From an uncultured archaeon (GTDB taxonomy: Archaea; Asgardarchaeota; Jordiarchaeia; Jordiarchaeales; Jordiarchaeaceae): 32,000 nt of DNA. The stretch spans positions 30,001 through 62,000 of the forward strand of contig CAZECW010000113.1 in the NCBI GenBank assembly GCA_964510585.1, in the 5' to 3' direction. Below, piece after piece: positions 27,025 through 32,000 of this stretch (within the stretch, counting starts at the first letter, position 1; every line of letters begins with the position of its first letter). The translations under genes and the position numbers were made by a program. The notes under the pieces are model-generated. The model was not told where the DNA came from. It saw only the letters and a program-made list of their open reading frames with translations, and ran no database searches.

Positions 27025-28437
27025 ATGCGTGACATCCTTAAAGAGTTTGAGCCGGTTTTCTTCCCCAAATCTGTAGCCATTATTGGAGCCTCGAGAAACC
27101 CCAGAAAACTCGGATATCAGAGCCTAAAGGCGCTAATTGAGGCGGAGTACAAAGGAAAAATTTATCCCATTAATCCAAATGCACAAAATGTGGGGGGATA
27201 CAAGTCTTACCCCAGTATTCTGGAAGTTCCAGATCCCATTGATCTGGTGATAATTTCACTGCCTCCCGATGGGGTATTAGACGCGGTTAAGGAATGCGCT
27301 AAAAAGAGGGTGAAGGGACTGGTAATCTTTGCTTCCGGCTTCAAGGAGCTGGATGAGCAGGGTGCCCAAACTGAGAAAGAAATGGCAAGAATATGTGATG
27401 AAGTGGGAATCAAGATTATCGGGCCCAATACTATAGGGATGATTAACTCTTACTGCAATTTGAATGCCAGCTTCGCCCCCATAGGAAAATTGTCCAAGGG
27501 AGACATATCTCTTGTTAGCCAATCTGGGGGAATGGGTACAACCCTTCTGTCCTACATCATTGAGGAAAATTTGGGATTCAGCAAGTATGTAGGTGTAGGA
27601 AACCGAGCCAACGTAGAGATAGCGGACATGCTACTCTATCTAAAAGAAGACCCCACCACCAAAGTCATCTGCTTGTTCATAGAAGGTCTGGATAAAGCCC
27701 GCGAATTCTTACAGGCAGCAAAAGAGGCGGCTAAAGAAAAGGCGGTAATAGTATACAAGGTGGGAAAGACAGAAGTATCCAACAATGCCGCCTTCTCACA
27801 CACAGGGTCCCTCGCAGGAACCTATCAACTATATAAAGCGGCATTCACCCAAGCAGGAATACTTGAAGTGGTGGAACCCTCAGAACTAATTGATGCCGCC
27901 AAGGCCATCTCCATCCTTCCCCCAGCCAAAGGAGAAAACGTAGCCCTAATAACCCACACAGCAGGCCCCAGTCTTGTAATAACCGAAGTTTTAGAACGTT
28001 ATGGAATTAAAATAGCGGAACTTTCTGAAGAAACAAAGAAACGCATCCAGAAAGAAATTCCCATAAAGATTAACGTTCAAAACCCCGTCGACCTTACTGG
28101 CGTGGCCTATGTGTTCTCCAATCTTTATGGAACCGTGGGGGAAATAATTCTTAGAGACAAAAACGTTGACGTTCTAGTCGCAGTGTATACCCCCTCATTT
28201 CAATCCGAAATTCCACTACCAGCAAAAGAACTAATTGAAATAACAAAGGAAACCAGTAAGCCAGTTATTGCGGCACTAATATCACCAAACACGCGTCCCA
28301 TCCAAGAAAAAGCCCAACTGGAAAAAAACGGTGTAGCAGTCTACCAAAATCCCGAAAGAGCAGCCAAAGCCACCGCAAACTACATCAAATACTGGAAAAT
28401 AAGAAGAAGAACACAACTATCGAATATAACCTCATAG
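27025..28437 (+). CDS. acdA: ADP-forming acetate/acyl-CoA synthetase alpha subunit
   Basis: PKSVAIIGAS, IYPINP, IIGPNTIG, SQSGG, VGVGN, SHTGSLAG (phospho-His), NPVDLTG. ATG 27025 follows GAGGT. Substrate specificity unknown. Confidence 0.88.
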   Translation: MRDILKEFEPVFFPKSVAIIGASRNPRKLGYQSLKALIEAEYKGKIYPINPNAQNVGGYKSYPSILEVPDPIDLVIISLPPDGVLDAVKECAKKRVKGLVIFASGFKELDEQGAQTEKEMARICDEVGIKIIGPNTIGMINSYCNLNASFAPIGKLSKGDISLVSQSGGMGTTLLSYIIEENLGFSKYVGVGNRANVEIADMLLYLKEDPTTKVICLFIEGLDKAREFLQAAKEAAKEKAVIVYKVGKTEVSNNAAFSHTGSLAGTYQLYKAAFTQAGILEVVEPSELIDAAKAISILPPAKGENVALITHTAGPSLVITEVLERYGIKIAELSEETKKRIQKEIPIKINVQNPVDLTGVAYVFSNLYGTVGEIILRDKNVDVLVAVYTPSFQSEIPLPAKELIEITKETSKPVIAALISPNTRPIQEKAQLEKNGVAVYQNPERAAKATANYIKYWKIRRRTQLSNITS

Positions 28438-28632
28438 ATAATAGGCCCATCCACAACACTATCATCAAAAAAGTTATTTCCCTATCTGAAAACAAACATA
28501 TTACCTTGAAGAATCAAACTTAAATTTGAAACGTAAAAAGCAGTATTACTTACTATGCAACTGCTTTTCAAAAGTATAAATAATCGAAAAATAATATAAT
28601 AGAAAGTATATGTGGAAGTTGCTGGTGATTCT

Positions 28633-29760
28633 ATGTATTTAGAGTGCGCGGTTTGTGGAAAGCGTATAGGGGACAATTCGATTCTATGTCCCGATTGTAA
28701 AGGGCCAATCCAAGTATATTACGAGTATGATTCTATGCGGTTGAGCCGGGAAGATTTTCACGGCAGAACCATCTGGAGGTACCGCGAACTACTTCCCTTC
28801 GAAAAGATTACCCGCCTCGTAACACTAAATGAGGGAAGCACACCTCTACAGAGAAGCGACACCATAGGAGATGACCTAGCACTAGACCTATGGTTTAAGC
28901 TAGAGTCACACAACCCCACGGGATCTTTTAAGGATCGCGGGAGCGCTGTGGAACTCACTAAGGCGCTGGAGAGGGAGGCAAAATCGGTTGTATGTGCGAG
29001 CACTGGGAACATGGCCAGTTCTGTTTCCGCCTATTCTGCTAAAGCGGGGCTTAAATGTAAAATGGTTGTTCCAAAGAATGCGCCGGTGGCTAAGATAACT
29101 ATGATGGAGCTCTACGGAGCGGAGGTGGAATTTGTAGATGGGGGGTTTGACGAAGCTGTGGCCACCGCAATGGAATATGCTAAAGACCCCAGCGTGCAGT
29201 TTGCTGGGGATTATTATTGGAGGAGAGAGGGGCAAAAAACCATTGCCTTTGAGATCTGGGAGCAGTTGCCGAATGTAGATTGGGTTGTGGTTCCTGTTGG
29301 TTCTGGAGTGCTTCTCTCCGCCATCTATAAGGGATTTTGGGAATTAAAGAAATTGAAGCTTACTGATAGGATTCCTCGTTTAGTTGGCGTTCAAGCAGAG
29401 GGTTGCAGCCCGGTGGCCTTAGCTTGGAAAGGGTACAAGCTCAGAAAGTGGGAGAAGGCACAAACCGTTGCGAGCGCAATTGAGGTTTTGAATGCCTTTG
29501 ATGCTCCTCTTGCTCTTGAAGCAGCAAAAGAAAGTGGAGGCAAAATTATTTCGGTTTCTGATAAAGAAATCATGGAATCCCTTGTCGAACTAGCGCGCAG
29601 GGAAGGGATTTTTGTAGAACCCGGCGCCGCAGCCTCAATAGCAGGAGTGTTGAAGAATTGGAAAACATTTGATGGAAGGGTTGTATGTGTATTGACTGGT
29701 TATGGGCTTAACGATTTCCAAACGGTTAAGGATTACTTGGAAGGGAAACTCAAGTTCTAA
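28633..29760 (+). CDS. thrC: Threonine synthase
   Basis: CAVCG..CPDC, IWRYRELLP, TLNEGSTPL, HNPTGSFKDRG (PLP Lys), CASTGN, REGQKTIAFE, VPVGSG, EGIFVEPGAAAS. Confidence 0.88.
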   Translation: MYLECAVCGKRIGDNSILCPDCKGPIQVYYEYDSMRLSREDFHGRTIWRYRELLPFEKITRLVTLNEGSTPLQRSDTIGDDLALDLWFKLESHNPTGSFKDRGSAVELTKALEREAKSVVCASTGNMASSVSAYSAKAGLKCKMVVPKNAPVAKITMMELYGAEVEFVDGGFDEAVATAMEYAKDPSVQFAGDYYWRREGQKTIAFEIWEQLPNVDWVVVPVGSGVLLSAIYKGFWELKKLKLTDRIPRLVGVQAEGCSPVALAWKGYKLRKWEKAQTVASAIEVLNAFDAPLALEAAKESGGKIISVSDKEIMESLVELARREGIFVEPGAAASIAGVLKNWKTFDGRVVCVLTGYGLNDFQTVKDYLEGKLKF

Positions 29761-29806
29761 AAAATAGGGGGGCGAGGGTTTCTGGAGCAGTTTTTGGAGG
29801 AATAAA

Positions 29807-30379
29807 CTACTTTTTGGTGAAGTGGTCTAGGGTTAATTTTGCCTTTTTATTCTCTTCGGGTTTTGATTTTTTAGAAGACTTCGTTTTCTGCTTTGTTTCT
29901 TCCTCTATCTGTTTTTCTTTTACCTCCGTGTCTTCCTTAGATTTTTCTTTTTTAATCTCTTCCCCGGAAGTTTTTTGGATTTTTGGGGGTTCTTTGAACT
30001 GAACTATTGGGGGCTTTTCTTCTTTTGTAATAGTTTTTTGTTGGATTTTTAATTGTACTTCTTTGCATTCTATCCTGCTTTTTATGCTGTATGGTTTAAT
30101 ATTTATTAATTCTTCAGGTCTAACGTTTATATTCAATTTGTAGAGTGGTGGGAGTTCTATGCGTTCTTTAATAGTTAGGGTTTCGTTTTCTTTTTCCAGA
30201 ATCTTTTCTTCAAGGGCGAGGGTAAGAATTTTTTGGGCAGTTGAGGGCGGTAGATTTTTGTGTATACCCCAGTTGAAGGAGAGGTAGAAGCACCAGTCAA
30301 TTGGACTTAGATGTTCTTCGCCGGATAATTGAAAAGGTATCTGTGAAAGGAAGGTTAGATCTCTTCTGTCTATGGGCAT
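29807..30379 (-). CDS. DUF2240-like protein with charged C-terminal tail
   Basis: FYLSFNW..LPPSTAQKILTLALEEKIL resembles the archaeal DUF2240 pattern; K/E-rich tail ending LTLDHFTKK. Confidence 0.65.
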   Translation of the reverse strand: MPIDRRDLTFLSQIPFQLSGEEHLSPIDWCFYLSFNWGIHKNLPPSTAQKILTLALEEKILEKENETLTIKERIELPPLYKLNINVRPEELINIKPYSIKSRIECKEVQLKIQQKTITKEEKPPIVQFKEPPKIQKTSGEEIKKEKSKEDTEVKEKQIEEETKQKTKSSKKSKPEENKKAKLTLDHFTKK

Positions 30380-30524
30380 TTTGCATACATCTCGTTAATC
30401 CTCATTATTTTAATGAGTCCTTGGATATATTAATAGCGCTTATTCTTAACCGGTGAAAGGACTTCTTTTGCATATAACGCCACCCTTTAATCGCAAATTT
30501 CTGAAAATGTTTCTATATTGGGCT

Positions 30525-31571
30525 TTAATGTTTCTTGTAAGGAGATGCGACCATTAGGGCCATGGCATAAGCTGTGGACATAGTGGCTCCCTTATCCCCA
30601 ATGATTTGCCCCAAATCAATTATTTCTTTAAAACCCACAGCTTCGGCGGCTCTGCGGGCTAAAAAATTCCTACCCATTCCCGCTACAACCACTCTACTAA
30701 TCGTTGGATTCCCAGAAGCAACTTGGAGTATAGCTTCTTTTATTTGGTCTAATTGACACTGATAAATATGCTTTGCAATCTCGTAAATCTCTTCCCTCCG
30801 AAGCATATTGGTGTCGGCACATATCACACGAGCCAAGCGTGCCAAACTATGTTCAACAGTTTTGCTTCTGCCATCCGCTGTCTCACAGGAATATTCCTCC
30901 TCGCTAATGTTGCTGAGAATCAAGTGTACATCAGCTGAGAGAGCAAATTTTTCAGAGGAAACCCTACACTCCCTACCCCAAACGGGAACGCGGCTCACAA
31001 TGGCGGGTATAACTGTTCTAAGTGCACCGGTATAAACAAGTTCCCCCGAAATCAGTCTCTCAGTATCAGTTTTTCCCACAGTAAAGGGTTTTCCATCCAC
31101 AACAGGTATGATGTCGGTGGTAGTGCTCCCCACGTCTATCAGAAAACAATCCTTAATGTGGCGGCCTACCATCCAGGCCGAAGCAGCCCAATTAGCAGCA
31201 GCAACCCTTAAGGGATTTCTCCTAGCTTCAACCGGATTTAGAAGGTTAGCCTCAACATCAACCACCCAAACGTTGGTTTCGGGAAAAGCTTGCTCAACGG
31301 ATTCTAAAACATGGTTTACACCCTCACGCTTTGTTTGGTAAGCATCAGAAAGTTCAGCGGTCATTGTCACGCCCACAGAGTAGGGTTTTCTATCTTTACA
31401 AAGTTCGTCCCGCATTTGTGCCAGTAATTGGGGTAGTTCAGAGAGAGAGTGTTGCCATACGGGAAAAAATACCGAGAGAGACTCGTAGTTCTCCACTTCA
31501 CCCTTGGGATTCGTGTATAACGCCACAGCTTTGGTGTTCGCACCTCCAATATCCCATCCCAGAAATAGCAA
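30525..31571 (-). CDS. mfnF: Methanofuran biosynthesis protein MfnF (hydantoinase/oxoprolinase family, H4MPT-linked C1 pathway)
   Basis: GWDIGGANTK, VTMTAELSDAY, AAANWAASA, IDVGSTTTDIIP, TDTERL..GELVYTGALRT, SEKFALSADV, LARLARVICAD. Confidence 0.87.
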   Translation of the reverse strand: MLFLGWDIGGANTKAVALYTNPKGEVENYESLSVFFPVWQHSLSELPQLLAQMRDELCKDRKPYSVGVTMTAELSDAYQTKREGVNHVLESVEQAFPETNVWVVDVEANLLNPVEARRNPLRVAAANWAASAWMVGRHIKDCFLIDVGSTTTDIIPVVDGKPFTVGKTDTERLISGELVYTGALRTVIPAIVSRVPVWGRECRVSSEKFALSADVHLILSNISEEEYSCETADGRSKTVEHSLARLARVICADTNMLRREEIYEIAKHIYQCQLDQIKEAILQVASGNPTISRVVVAGMGRNFLARRAAEAVGFKEIIDLGQIIGDKGATMSTAYAMALMVASPYKKH

Positions 31572-31587
31572 CCCGAAACCTCCTCAG

Positions 31588-31998
31588 TTAACTCTTTATT
31601 AGGCCCTCCTTCTTGGCCATCTCAATTAAACCGGTTGGTGCAGTTAATCCCCTCTCATCCATCATTTCTGTGACTCTTAATAGGATCCTGCTCCAATTAT
31701 TAATTGCTTCCTCGCCGAATCTCCGTGTTTTTTTATCCTCCTCACTATCGGTGAGTTTGTCCAAAGACCATTTTAGTATGCTGACCAGGTCAAAACAGGC
31801 CTCTGCAACTCCAGAAGCCCTTCCCAGAAATGCGCGGGCGTCCTCTAAATCCTGAGAAAAAAGCGTCGCCGCAATAAAGGATTCTACAGTAGCGTTTAGA
31901 GCTTGACAAGCATGGGCGAAAGCCCTAATGGAAATGAGAAGACATTCCCTGCTACTTTTTGCCCCCAATATTTCCTGAATGTTCCCCGCACTGAGATT
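31588..31998 (-). CDS. Hypothetical helical protein, probably 5'-truncated by the window edge
   Basis: The frame stays open above TTG 31968 to the window end (NLSAGNIQEI-LGAK...); co-oriented with mfnF, ending 16 nt above its start. Confidence 0.6.
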   Translation of the reverse strand, partial: NLSAGNIQEILGAKSSRECLLISIRAFAHACQALNATVESFIAATLFSQDLEDARAFLGRASGVAEACFDLVSILKWSLDKLTDSEEDKKTRRFGEEAINNWSRILLRVTEMMDERGLTAPTGLIEMAKKEGLIKS

Positions 31999-32000
31999 AC

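Overview
Gene-dense archaeal window, most likely from an Asgard archaeon (Jordarchaeia/Freyarchaeia-like). This is an inference from the archaeal-type IleRS, proteasome beta subunit, GGAGG/GAGGTG ribosome-binding sites, tandem longin-like genes and a stand-alone multi-TM sensor-like protein. It holds about 28 coding sequences. Housekeeping and metabolic genes include ileS, psmB, moaA, gdhA, thrC, mfnF, an ADP-forming acyl-CoA synthetase alpha subunit, a GlcD/GlcF-like pair, a D-aminoacylase, three metallo-beta-lactamase-fold hydrolases, a class V PLP enzyme, a thioredoxin and an Lrp/EamA pair. I saw no rRNA, tRNA, CRISPR array or transposase. The top finding is a gene the ORF track splits: 19506-19850 reads as a 114-aa HesB-like protein through an in-frame TGA (T-U-G-G, codon 39), with a structured 3' region that is a SECIS candidate, i.e. 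a probable unannotated selenoprotein. Other leads are tandem longin-like paralogs sharing an exactly spaced C-x11-C-x11-C-x7-C tail next to an ~8-TM protein, and two genes whose best start is ATT behind a good SD. There is also a kb-scale sawtooth A+C/G+T strand skew that resets at intergenic regions, an FAD oxidoreductase lacking the usual His/His/Glu site, and a ~40-aa helical repeat protein beside psmB. All folds and family calls were made by eye, without searches.
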